A stretch of 64,000 bases of DNA from Raillietiella orientalis (Eukaryota): the NCBI GenBank assembly GCA_036172245.1, contig JAYWIR010000003.1, forward strand, positions 7,316,001 to 7,380,000, written 5' to 3'. The position numbers were made by a program, and so were the translations under genes. This document shows, piece after piece, positions 42,300-59,099 of the stretch (positions are counted from its first letter, which is position 1; each line of letters opens with the position of its first letter). The notes under the pieces were generated by a model that was given only the letters and a program-made list of their open reading frames with translations, was not told where the DNA came from and made no database searches.

Positions 42300-45200
42300 T
42301 CCGCAGTTCCGTAAGTGTCACCTGCACCACCGTCCTGCTGCCCGCCGATGCTAGAGACACACATGTTGCTGTGTCGCTGACCCCAGACGCAGGACTGGCA
42401 CTCAGCCCTTACCCTATGTGTCCTTTGCGCTGCTCACCGTGCGTTTTCCTGCAACCTTTCCCAACAGCGCCGCCGATCGTGCTTTCCCACCCGCACCACC
42501 TTGCCCACCGTTCTTTGCCCGGCAACGGACTGCGTCCCATTCTGAACCATAAGCCACCTGATCGACACTGGCAGCGCTTATTCTGTGGTACCCTCGTCTC
42601 GTTCGAGCCGCAACCTCGACACGCAGAGCTTTCTGCAGCGTTGGCCGATTTGTTGAGCGCACCCATGACTGGTCAGTCTGCCAACATGAACCTAACGCTT
42701 CGATCACCCTACTGCAAGGCAGAATCAAAGAGTCAGCCATCACCGTGGAGTTTCAGGCCACACAACTGGAACTCACTCTTGCTCCTCGTAGGCAGGCGCG
42801 AAGCGCTGCTGCTCTCGACACGGGTGTGTGGCGACGGGTGTGTAGCGCGGGAGACCGGTGGACGGGCTTCGTGCCGGCATGCTCACGAGACTCAGGGATA
42901 GGCAAGGGATCAGCCCGACCACCCGGACTGCTGGGCCAGCGGACATCATGAGGGCTCGCGCGTCAGTTAACGGTGAGTGAGGATTTTGCGATGACCGCCC
43001 TCGGGTGCGGACCTAGCAACCTCGGACTCGCGCTGCAATCACTCTGCGGCGGGAAGCGGAGTACAAGTCTTTCTACCCGCGACGCACGGATCCGCCATGG
43101 CGACGGCGCCGCAAGCATGCACTATGAAAGACTCGGCAGGAATGCGCGACCTACGCAGACGTCAGGCGTTCTTTCCATGCAGACGTCTTCATCTCCAGCA
43201 AGCCCTGGAGATAGAACTCCTCTTCTTCTTTTTCCTCCATCCCTATTGGAAGCTGCTCATCCTTACGTAAGGCATCATCCTAGTTGATCGCTCCTCCGTC
43301 GCAACCGGAAATCGTCGGAGCTCCTGGAATGAACTGTGGCGCGAATTCTTCTGGGACTCGAGCCTAGAATTCGAACCTTCTTAACTCCCTTCACGGAATA
43401 CCGCATCACAAACTCATCCGAGGTTGCGTCTCCATCGACACCTGGAAGCATCCAGACGACCATCTTCCATCGCGAGGGACTCTGATGAAAGCCCAGTCAT
43501 CCGCTGTGCTGCACACGTCGTCAGCCTCATATGACCCCTGGGCGTCCGCGTAAAGGAAAGGTCACCGGGGATCTCGCCCATCCGTAGTGAGCAGGGCGAC
43601 TACCTTCCAAGGGGGTGGGGATTTCTCCTCCCTATACGAACTCCAAGACGAGTCCATGGAATAAAAAGGGCCAAGAAATACCAGTTGTGCAATCATATGC
43701 AATGGTCACCCACGCTGAAACAGCTCATGAATTTCGTCACAGCTCCTATCGATGAAGGACAGCAGATTTCCTTACTCGGCGCTTACTGTGAAAGACCGCG
43801 CGAATCACCCACTTCCCCATCCTCCCAACGGTTTCCACCTCCCTGCAGAGTGGATGGGATTCTGCTCCTCCCTCGAACTGACTTGCGCACTCATTTGAAG
43901 ACCCTTTCTTTCCATTGTGCTTTGCGGCCAACGGTTGACCTGAGAAGCAGGTTTCGCCAAGAACCCTTCTTGAAGCTCTTGACTACACTTGGATCTACCT
44001 GCTTGTAACCCCAGTACAAGAAGAGTAGCTCCGTATGCCACCCGCTGAGCAGATGTTCCCAGAATCTCGAGCACCGCTAAATGTCGTGCTTCCTGTTCCA
44101 AGGTCATCTGAGGGACCTGCTGGTTCGGCATCACCGATCCGATCCGCATCCTGATGCTCTCCTCGAGAAGAGGACGCGATGAGTTGCAGCTTCGCTTTGC
44201 GAGGGTGGTCATGGCATCACAGCTGCGCACTAAACACGGATTTTCTTCCGCGTTCAACACCCTTCGGAACGCAGCTGGCTTTCTTTTTCTTCCTCCACGC
44301 GCAGCATCGGCAGACTGAGTCTTCTAAGACAACTGTCCTCCCTGTAGAAAGGTCTTCGCTTATTCTGCTGATCTTTCTTCGGCCACTGATGTCCGTAGGA
44401 ATCATGTGGTCCCGAGGAACAGTACAGGAGCGCTCTTTTCTATCCAATACTCCAGCAGAGAGTCCCTAGGAAGCTAAGTAAGAACTTGACGAAGCAGACC
44501 CGGGTCATCGCCTCGCCCCTCTCAGTGGTACCGTGCTTCTCATGAGCGAACATTTCAAAAGGCTAGAGGTTGTTGATCGGTTTACCAGCTAGTCAACTGT
44601 AGCCTTGAACTTTCCCTAGCGAGATTTCGAGACTGCTCAGCTGGCAGCATACGGAGCTGCTCTTCTTGCACTGGGGCCGCTAGCAGAACGAGCGCTGGCC
44701 TCTTTGAGCAAGAAGGAGTCTACCCCCGAAATGTGTGGCAGCGAAGGGGAGATCAGAATGCTGGAGGATAGCAGACCGCTCCGTCGTCGGACGGAGACGT
44801 AAGGAGGAGTTGCTCTTGTGCCTAGAGAACACCCCGTAAGAGCAGCTGAGGCTGTGCTTTAAAGCGAATGGAGCTCCGCCCGCCGACCCAGGCGTGTTGT
44901 GCCGCGTTCGAGCAGTGGTCCCTGCCTGCCACTCGGTTAGGAGGCTTCAGAATCTCAGGAAGATCAAGGAGGACCTTTGTACAGAAAAGAGGACTGATCT
45001 GTGTCGACGGAACTCGTCGCACCCTGCGCCATGGAGCTCAGATGTTGACTTCAAGCTGAACCTACGGGTTGATCGGAAGCTCTTGCAGCTCCATCAGGAG
45101 AAGCCGGTTGCACAGAAGCAGTTCTGCCACCGCGAAGAAGGGGCACCAGTCAGCGTTCGGCGATTCAGGAGGTGCACAGAAGGGACGGCCTCAGGTAATT

Positions 45201-46700
45201 TGGAGAAGTGACAAATCCGATCTTCAGGGTTCATCCCGTCAAACAGGAAACAGAAGGTGCCGCATAGACTCATACGGCTTCTGGTGAACAGAGGACTTCT
45301 GGAAAATAACAGTCATCACACACCGCAACAATCAACATCGCAACAAGAAAATGTATGCACTGGGCGATCGCGGGTAAGAATACAGCAGAAGAACCCAAGC
45401 TCCTGTTGTGTTGGCTTCCGTCTGCTGTTAAACATGTGGCCGAAAGACACAGACCTGAGAGCCACAATCCCTAATCTCAAAATCCCGGAAGTACAGAAGC
45501 TGGAAACTCACAATAACCAAAGATGGAGATCCCGAAAAATGGAATCCCTGGTTTGCCGAGGAGCTTTTCTTAACTGAGTGCCGGGGGATTGAAGAGTGAA
45601 ATGAAGAACTGAAGCATGCCGAAGAGGAGGATTCTGTAAACCCAACCTCGGTAGCATAAAACGGTGGAAGGAAAATGGAAAAGCGAAAGACGAGAAAGGA
45701 AATTCGACACGTGAAAGGGTGAAGCGGTCATTCGTGGGATGAGTGCTGTGCGGGTGAAACCACGAGGCAGCTCGTGGTCGCCTCGTGCATCCGCCGCGCT
45801 CGAGACATTCGCTGGGCGGGTGCCGTCGGCTTGCGCGAGTACCGGGAGGCGCCAAGAACCTGTGAGGACCTTGCTAAGAGGAGCAGCTCTTGGAAGGAGA
45901 GGAAGACGTATCCGACATGAAGCCTGAAGGGCATCCCAAGAAGCGACCTGCTGTGTCACCTCTCGAAGCACAGAATCCACGTGCTGCTGGAAAAAGGGGA
46001 AAAGACAGAGACCTCCCTTTTACCCCCTCCCTGGTAGCGCAAAACTTTGAAGATAAAGATAGGGATGGATTATGAGCCATTGATCACAGGTGGCCCTTGA
46101 GATCCGGACGACGTCCGCTTTCATTAACGATCATGTTTTGAAATCTGGCATGGATGTCAACATCCACTGCCTCAATGAACTGCGATTCTCATTCTCCGTA
46201 AGAGATTTGGGAAGCCAAGCTAGTGATTGGTGGCTGTTCTGGATGTCTGTAACGGCTGAAGATTTTCCTGTTTTGTAAGAGGGTCGCCTGAGGGTGCGCA
46301 CGCGTAGGGAAAAGTCGAATGCCTCGCATGCGACTTCTCAGGTGTCTGGTTGTCTTTGGAGGGCGACCGAAAGGGACCTCATCCTTATTGAGTCCGGACG
46401 AGTCTTCCGAAGAGAGGAATTGCTTACTTTTTCCCTAGAAAAAACCCGGAAAGGATCTGTTCTTGACTTTCTTCTCCGAAAGCAACCTGCAAGGGGAACG
46501 AACTCTATTTGTTCCTCTGGAGGGAACCCTAAAGGGCACTTTTCAAGGGTCGCTTTATGAAGCAAGCATTGCACTTCTTGCACTCTACAGAGGTAACCAG
46601 ACAAGGGGTTATAAGCCAGCTTCATAGGTTTGAATTCGTTTTGATAACCAGGGAGTATCCCTAAGGTTCGGTGGTTACTGATAGGACTCCGGTGCCCCGG
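42300..46700 (-). mobile_element. Decayed DIRS-type retrotransposon (RT, RNase H and possible YR remnants)
   Basis: EQEARHLAVLEI (like ExxxHINxLEL) near 44080; ISPLFCTKVLLDL (RT start-like) near 44970; order consistent with gag-RT-RH-YR on the minus strand; frames broken, boundaries approximate. Confidence 0.4.
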
Positions 46701-46899
46701 CCGGTCAACGGGGATAAGCGGGGTTTCCGGATTCCTCCATTGCTGCACCCCAAGCCTACAGGTCAACTAGCGTCATCCAGCGGGGACACTCGAAAGCCGC
46801 CACGCACCCCCCTGTTCCCGGCTTTGACACTTCCTCGGGCGGGATTCGAACATTCGAACCTGCCACGCCAGCTGCCGCGCCCGGCGACCGCACACACAC

Positions 46900-49350
46900 G
46901 GCCGCCAATGCGGGCCGTGCCCTGCTGTCCGCGCAGATTTCGCGCCAAGCGCACGAGAAGGTGCGCGCAGTGGTTGGACAAGCAAGTGAAGCGCCTCTGC
47001 AGACCAGCGCCTCCCTCCTGCGAAATCACAGGTTAGAGAAAAACGCGAGATGGAAGGTCAGCGGGGCACTGATGGAAGCTGCCATCCCAAGCATCCCACA
47101 GGAAGGACTGTTCCGTTGCTACAATTCCCTAGAGATCCTCCTGGAAGAGCTGGTGCGACCCGTGGAGTCTCCGGAAAGCGACTTGCTCTTCCTTAAATGG
47201 CAGAAATCTACGCTGCAGACGGCGTTTTAGGGGAGTCTCCGATGTGGTGCCAGCCGGCAACTTTCGTCCAGTAAGAGGATAAACACTCACTGCAGCAGGT
47301 GCGAAAGACGAGAGTCCTCCCTGCACATTCATGGAAACCGCGCTACCCTCCGCATCAAAATGAGCAGCGACCGAAGGCGCGTGTCATCAGCAGACCAAGT
47401 ATGGATCACCATCATATAGATAGGCTAGGATCACCGGTCCATATCATATAGTAGCCTCTCTGGATGACAGAAAACTGGAGCTGGAGAGACGTGGAACATC
47501 GAAGTACTCACCTGGCTACGAGAAATCGGTGAGTAAGTGCGCATGTCAGCTGGACCGGTCGTGCGCACGACCATGCTTTTAGCAAAAAAGAGTATAGCCG
47601 TGCCACAGACAGAAACAAGAACAAGGTCGCCACGTGAGCAGATGCCCACTGATGACAAAACGAAGCAGTTTCACCGAAGGGAGCGCAGTACTCCACGTTA
47701 GGGTAGACCTTGAGTCAAAGATCAGGCATCTCCGAGCAAGAAATCGCTCGTCTGCGACAAATCCGTGAGCGGTCCGTTCGAGCATTGCACCTCGTCCGGA
47801 TCCAGCGGGTGCCACAGACCATTGCATAAGAGAGCTAAGCGGGTATCGCACGCCTCTTGCAGCACCTCAGGTGGTCGGCGGAAACGATGTTGTGTACCAG
47901 GACGGTTGGACATCGGAAAACCTCGCGTTATCCTGGAAGACAGCTGGTGGACGGCCTCTCTTTTCTGCAGCAGAGCCTTTGGGAAACTACGAGCGCATCG
48001 CCTGTACCCTTCCTGGAAGGATGTGATTTTTGAATCTCCCATCTATTCCTCTGCCATCTGTGGATAACGAGCCGCTTACGGGACCGTTTGCTTCCCATTT
48101 ATAAGATCCGGAATGGGCCCACCCTTTCGCGAATTTTCGGTGCCGCGGGCTTTCCGGGACACTGCACTTTCCCATGTGAAGTTCACCGTCTCTTGTGTGG
48201 GTAAGCTGATCCGGGAGAAGGGATGAGCGCAGTTTCCAGTATACAGGAGAAGACTTCCTCCATTGCATTCCCGGATGGCAGCCATAATTCGAGAGGCGGA
48301 CTCGTTTAGTGGAAAAAGTGCCGCCGCTGAACAAACAGCCACGCATTTCTGCTTAGTGATTCCATCCTCCGTGAGATGTCACCTCTCGATTTTGATGTGA
48401 CAAGAGATGAAGAGAATTGCAAGAGTCATTCGTTTGAAACAGAGATTTTAGAAAAGTGAGGTCAGATGGAAGAACCGGGTGGATGTTTTCAGACTGTACG
48501 CAACTGCCATCGGGATTTCCGAGGTTGCGCAGAGAAACTGGACGTTCGTGGAATGAATGGCAGGCGGGCATCCACACTACAAAGATGCGAACATTAAAAC
48601 GAGATATGCGCAAGAATTTGTGCACGCGTGGTAGCCAAAGAGATGCCTAATCAAGTAGAGCTGAGCAAACCCCAGCGTTGAGTTTTCCCAAACACCGCCT
48701 TCCCTGGGGGTGCCGAAGAGTCACTCCTCGTTGACACGAGCTGCAGTTCCTTCAGCCATACGGGGCATCAGAGGTCCGACATCTCGGCAAGAGAGAGGAG
48801 CGGAACATCCGTACAGGAAGCTATACGAAAACAAATGAATGAAACTTGAATTGGGATGCCCGGCAAGGGATCTCCTGGTGCTGCTAAGGGTCCCCTGCAT
48901 TCTTTCTGCATGGCAGCATCATCATCCTCAATAACCAATATCCCTAGGTAGAGCCATCCTGCCTAGCATCCGAAGGAAGCCAATAGCCGAGTGGGTGGCA
49001 TATTTGTAGTCCCTGGCTCCTCTGACGGAGCTCCAGGCTGCCAGGGTCACGCCGAAGCAATAAGGAGTCGCAGAAAACGAGGAGGACGGCAGTTCATTTC
49101 GCACGAAGATGACTCGAACTAAAGTCCTGACGCTGCTCATTGGGTCGCGTAGGAGAGAGAAAACGATCTCAAAGAGACCTGAGGGCAGCTCACCCCATCC
49201 AGATGTAGCGAGGACTTTGGTCTTCCAAACTCCTGATCCGTGCAACGTCACAAAATACGACTCCTGCCAGTTAATGGGGAGCAGATAGCTGTTCGTAAAC
49301 AACGCAGACTGCACCAGCTCATCTAGGGGAATCTCGAAGAACTATACTTA
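46900..49350 (-). mobile_element. Decayed Ty3/Gypsy LTR-retrotransposon remnant (gag-pol)
   Basis: gag-like IVFSLLRDPMS...FLRML at 48928-49314; RT-like RFRRPPEVLQEACDTRL near 47860. The latter shares nucleotide similarity (GGGTATC...GCCTCTTGCAGCACCTCA) with 60570-60615. Confidence 0.5.
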
Positions 49351-50199
49351 GCAAAACAATCCAGAAAGCATTGTTCACTTTTCAACCCACTATCACTACA
49401 ATTGCCAAGGATCCATAGTCCTCCCTGTCTCGCCAAAGCGTATATGTAAAAAAAAGAAAATAGAAATCCAGGAGAGATGGACGGGACACCATGTTGCGCC
49501 CAGTCACATCGCCAGAAAAAGGCGCCGAAGAAAACCGCAGGTCATGCAGGACGGTGGAAGAAGAAAATGAAACACCAAAAGGCACTTTTTGGAATCGAAA
49601 GACAAAAACAATGAGGAAAAGAGCAAAGGTGATAACAGCCCACGACGGCGGACCCCCAGCGACTTTACAGGATGCCGAACAGATCCTAGTGAAGGTTTCC
49701 TACTAGTGAAGAGGTCGAAATCATACTTGGGAACCGGGCCGCGAAGAGTATGGCTGTTCAGCCATTTTGGCTACCAGCGAGCCGGAATAACACAACCCCA
49801 CGGAGCCAGAAGACAACGCACAAGTGGCGGGGAACGGCGATCGGGGCTTCCGGTCGCCGCGTGGCACTTCGCACCGAGAGGGAACTTCAAGACGCCGTCT
49901 GTGGTCGTCCACCGGGATGAGCAACAACTCGGAGAGAAGTTTGCGCAAAATCCGGTGGTCAGCACAGAGTGCTGTCAGGCAAGGAGGGCGGACGATTTCC
50001 GTTGCCGCACCTGCAACCATTGGGAATGACGCTCCCCTCGTCCGACGGGACCGGCGCACGTTGCACGCGAGACTCCGAGCTCTGCAGCACCAGCACACGC
50101 CGTCTTCTTTCGCCCTAGAGAGAAGTTGCCCCTAGCCGTAGGGCAGCAGCGGACTGTCTCCTGGAATTCAGAAGGGTCCTCCCTAGCGAAGCCGACCTC

Positions 50200-53100
50200 T
50201 GGGAAACGTAGTAGGTGCTGCAGTGTCTCCAGGCGCGGTCCGGTCTCCAAGATGCTGCCACTTTGCCGGTAGGCACGCGCCTCTTATTTAGCAAGTGGAA
50301 ACCACCGTTGAGGAGAAACGAGCGGCTGCCGGGCGATCGTATGGCTGCTCACCTCCTACGCTGCTTTTTGCGGGCGGTCGTATGGTTCCTCACCTCCTAC
50401 GCTGCTTTTTGCGGGCGGTCGTATGGTTCCTCACCTCCTACGCTGCTTTTTGCGGGCGGTCGTATGGTTCCTCACCTCCTACGCTGCTTTTTGCGGGCAT
50501 CGTATGGTTCCTCACCTCCTACGCTGCTTTTTCCTTCCGCAACCCTCAGGAATTGCAGGGACCGCCTAACTTCCGCCATGGCTTTGGTGATCTTGGCCCA
50601 CGTTCTCCTGTCTCCGGAGCTGGGTGTTCGTGGAATGGCAGAAGATTCACGGATGCTCGTCCTTCTCGAGAGCGACGTCCGCGGGAACGGATAGCCGAGG
50701 GCGGTGAGGCTTCAGCGGTGGCGCGAAAGCAGTGTCGCTAGCGGGTGGTGGCGAGCCACTTGCCTGAGGGGCAGACGTGACTGCACGCGAACGAGCAGGC
50801 GACTTAGTGTTTGGCCATCGGGGCCCGTCTGTTGATCAGAGGACGGCGCATTCCAAGTCACTCCGAAGCCTCTCACGTGTCTGTTCCAGCGAATCAACGC
50901 CCTGCGATGGCCGGGTGATCAAGTTCCCCGCCTCCGGGCGCAGCTGCATCCACTCTCCAGCCATGAATGCCGCGCTCCTCGAAGGAGCCTGCGTGTTGGT
51001 GCTGCGGAGAGGCCGCCGCCTGGGGAGCCGCACAGGCAGTCGCGGCGAGGGTACGCAGCTTCCAAGGCAGCTCCGCCTCTGCCGACCTCCGTGGCCCCGC
51101 ACCGCCAGAACGGCGCGTGCGATTGGCCGGGAACACCGGGAGGATTTGCCGGCCTCCGGGTGTTTGCGTATGGCAATGCCCTCGCATGCTGCCCCGACTT
51201 AACGGTCAGCAAATCTTCAGGCTGACGGTTCTGCAACGCGCTGTATTCCTCGAGAACCTCTTCACACAGGAAGACCGCGCTTCCATCGGGAAGAAACTTC
51301 TTTTTGGCGGACACTGTCCGTGAAAAGGAAGCCGAAGGGCTGGCTGCCCCGAATGACAGCAGTCTTTCCTGCAATTGACCTTTCGCAGCAATGAAGATGC
51401 CGTCCATCGAGGTAGAAGCGAAACTGTGGCCTTCTTCATTAGCGTCAGGTTGTCCGCAGTTACGTCCGGAGCGAAGACGTCAACCGCGAGGTCATTGCGC
51501 GTTTCCATGCGCACTTTCGACTACCGCCGATGCTCCGAAAGCATTGGATGTCGACCGACCGCCCTTCGGCATTCCCTGGAACATCACTTTCTCCTTGGAA
51601 GGTGGGGCTTCCTTCTCTCCGGGAAAGGTGCGGTCTTGCGGCGCCTAAAAAGGCTTCACTCGCTCTTACCCACTTCTGTTCCTGCTCTTCTGGTGTTTCT
51701 TCGATCTGCCGTACAACAGTTTAGGACACCGTCGCATCTCCTTTTTTTTCCTGCCTGCAGCGAAATCCGCGAAGTTCAAGATGAGATCGGTCCTGCATCC
51801 TTCTCCCCGACTTCCGAGGTCGTGGTCGAGGACGAGAAAAGACGAGATCCTAGGTTTGCGTGGTTCAGGCCCGAAGGCGTTCAGCAAGGCCCGCATGTGG
51901 ATCCGGGCAGGGGACGGCTCCAGAGGTAAGACTGAGGACTCGCAGTCATCGCTAACCGAAGACTTCCCATCGCGCCTTTCTCTGCAGGCAGGAAGGGAAC
52001 TCTCGGAGATTCATGACCATGGGCTAGCGCAACGTCGGGCGCTTCAAGAAAGCTGTTGGAACAGATCGATAAAATGGTCGTCCGTCCACTTGAAAGCAGC
52101 GATGCGAACAAGAACCAGTGGAAGCTTCGGGAAATGCTGCCTTTTTTTCGATAGCGGTGGCGTGAGCTGGTAGGAAAGAGTCCCCTCCCTGGAACTTCGG
52201 GCATACTCTGAGAACGCCCATCACGTGGAGGTATCCATCAGCTTCCCAAGAGGTCGAATGCTCGAAGTCGAATTGAACACAGCAGACCAGCGATAGCTGC
52301 CACCGCTCCTGTCGCTGCAAATAACTCCCGCCTATAGTAGGGAGGCGCCTTCCAACATGTCGCTCAGAGTCCGAGTCCGAGGAGATGGATCGAGCCTTCC
52401 TACATTCCATAAAGAATGCCAAGAGTTGTCACGCTCCAGAGATTTCGTGGATAGAGCACGTAAATGTGTGTGGATCCCGGTCGTTGGTACGCCCTTTTTC
52501 GACGTGGCTGCAGGCCGCGTGGATCCGTGGAGTAAGCCAACAGCCGCTGACGACCAGGCTGGCGGCAGTGCATCCAGAGCAAGGAGATGCGCTACAACGA
52601 TCCTAAAGCTGACCACCGAGTTGGAGAGGAGAGCGACGAAACCATCCCTTAGAGACCTAAGGACATTTCAACCTAACCAGATGCCGGAAGTACGCTCGCC
52701 CTCGAAACCTGTAGCAATCTGGAACATATGTTTCCCTGGATGCAAGACATCTGATGGCCATGCATGTTGAACAACCGTGCAGCAAAGCCGACTCATGTGA
52801 GTTGAGAAGTAGTAGATCGGCATTCGTAGACATCATGCATTGCGGCAGCTGCTCCAGGGGTATCTCAATAGAGCGGTCTAAACACAGCGCTGCGATGAGC
52901 TTTTTATGCTGTCAATCCACAGTTACCACGGAGGAAACAAAATATGACACTGATGCCTAAAGTGTTCCTCCTTGGAGGAATGCACACAGAGCTAACGGAG
53001 CTACGAATCCTGCAGAACTCCAGAGTTCAGAATAAGCAAAATGCGGGATGCATCCATCCAAATTTGCTCCAGTGGCTGTTGGTAGGTGCACCGAAGCCCG

Positions 53101-53450
53101 CAAGCGCGGTTCAAAGCGGAAACCCTTTCTTCGTTTCTTATTGACCAGAAGGCAGAGTTGGCAACTGGCGAGAATCCATCAAGAAGCAGCAAGCTTACCG
53201 GACATCGAAGAAGCTCGGTTTCTACCTGCCGTTTGTCAGAACGCCTCACCACCTCAGCTATCTGCACTTGCCCTACCTTACCAGCGAACCACTCTATCGG
53301 CGGCAGACTCCCATCCACCTTCTCTGTCGCCACTTCACAGATAACTGCGGCAGAACAAGTCGACAACTTCTTCGAATGCACACAAGAAGAGAACGAAACG
53401 ACGTCCATTGTTCCCTGAAGTGAAGTTCAACGCAAATCCCGTATCAGGAT
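50200..53450 (+). mobile_element. Decayed Ty3/Gypsy remnant (gag, pol, integrase), left arm of inverted duplication
   Basis: Decayed zinc-knuckle-like segment near 50730-50820; integrase-tail-like PANHSIGGRLPSTF (like PAELLxGRxLRSxL) near 53280; mirrored by 59100-61950(-). Confidence 0.45.
50331..50532 (+). repeat. 41-bp minisatellite, about 4.9 copies
   Basis: Unit TCGTATGGTTCCTCACCTCCTACGCTGCTTTTTGCGGGCGG starts at 50337, 50378, 50419, 50460 and 50500 (last partial); no spacers. Confidence 0.97.
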
Positions 53451-53775
53451 TCAAAGAGTGAAAAGCAACAACGTAACAGGAAGAACTAGAATTGCGGGGG
53501 GAAACGGGAAGTAGGTCGAATCCATGTGCTGAAGAAGCCTCCCAGTCAGAGCCAGGCCAGGAAGAGTAAAAACAGCGAATTCACCAAATGAAGCGCCCCT
53601 CATTGTGTGAGAAAAGGAAAAGTGCACACGCGGTGTACTCGCACAAGAAAGCCAACCGCGTTTCAAAAAAAAATTAAATTAAGTGGCCTCCGAAAAGCAT
53701 CAGTGTCCCTTTAGGAAATCAGCAATGGTCAAAGAAAAAGATAAACTCTATAATTCGACAACTTCAATACACACT

Positions 53776-55825
<2,050 letters not shown>

Positions 55826-56671
55826 CTCGAACTTGTTGAAAGGGAACCCACGTGCACACTGTAGGGCTGCAAGGCGTGCGTGAACTGCACTATATTGAGA
55901 GAGTGGAGTGCTGGTCCCTTCCTGATTGCTTTTTATGGAAAGTCGTTGTATCTACGAGATTGGTCCTTATCTGTTTCTGTTTCGGCGTGTTTCCGATGGG
56001 AAAGTTCTCTGTCATGCTGAAACTCCGGGACGCAGTTCTCACGAGAATCAGTTCCACGAATGGCATCTGTCGGTTTCGCAGATGCTGCACCTCCTTGCAT
56101 TTTTCGTAGCCTTGATTTCGTGATGCGTCTTCACCTTTCGTGGAACTTCAGTCCTTCAGGTCTTCCACCTTCAGTCCTGCACTTTCAAGCAGAACGCCCG
56201 TGCGATAACTTCTCTTAGACCTCGGTTTATTCATTTGCTGGACTCTCAATTGGCTCGCTCTGTTGCACGCTTACTGGCATGTCTTTAGCACCAACTGTAG
56301 TAGCAGTTGACATGAAAATCTTCTCTACGGTTGAGAATTGAGGAAAAAGTACATGCAATAGGGGGTTATAGGGAGGCTCGCAGATAATCACTGAGCATTC
56401 CCAGAAAGGTTCGACAGCAGGCGCCCTGCTTCCGCTAAAGCAGCAGACGCGACTGTTTCGAAATATTGTGTCCTCTTTGCTGCCGCCTCGGCGAATTTAC
56501 TGCGGTGCATCAGCAACGAAACCAACAGGTGCCTTTTCGGGAACAAATTCCCGGAATCCACGCACAACAGTTAAGTCTCCCACAGGAAATACAAACAGAT
56601 AAGGACTAATCTGGGGGTTGCAACAATTTCTTTATATATGTGTCGGTCTGGAGGTTGCAGGGATTCCACTC

Positions 56672-56677
56672 TATATA
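56672..56677 (+). promoter_or_regulatory. TATA-like box upstream of cathepsin-like copy B
   Basis: TATATA about 70 nt upstream of the ATG at 56746; the homologous position in copy A reads CAATATAG. Confidence 0.3.
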
Positions 56678-56745
56678 TCCTGCAGTTCACGCACGCCTTG
56701 CTGGCCCTATAGTGTGCACGTGGGTTCCCTTTCAACAAGATCGAG

Positions 56746-58790
<2,045 letters not shown>

Positions 58791-58797
58791 CGTGGGA

Positions 58798-58803
58798 AAT
58801 AAA
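58798..58803 (+). terminator. Candidate polyadenylation signal for cathepsin-like copy B
   Basis: AATAAA beginning 8 nt after the stop codon, followed by a T-rich tract. Confidence 0.55.
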
Positions 58804-59099
58804 CTTTTCGTAGGAGGGATTACCTTTTTTTTGTATCAGCATTGGTGGTTTCCTGAAACCATGCTGAATGTCCTCTGAGACCACTTAATTTTGTACTTCC
58901 CCCCAAACTTGGTCGGTTCGCTTGTGCGGGAATACTCCATGAACTCCTATCCATGGCTGTCGCTATGAGGGAGCAGCTGCCATTGAAGTTGCTGAAGGCG
59001 ATGCTTTGACTCCTATTTGCCTCTGTATGATGGAGGATTTTGCTCCGTTCTCGCTCCCATATACTTCCTGGTTCCCATCGCTCTTCTTTTGTTCCGATA

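Noticed and set aside
46841..46861. Second B-box-like sequence (GGGATTCGAACATTCGAACC)
   Set aside because: Isolated motif with no tRNA or SINE context that I can support.
50331..50532. Possible CRISPR array
   Set aside because: Units are directly adjacent with no unique spacers, there are no cas genes, and the DNA is eukaryotic; it is a minisatellite.
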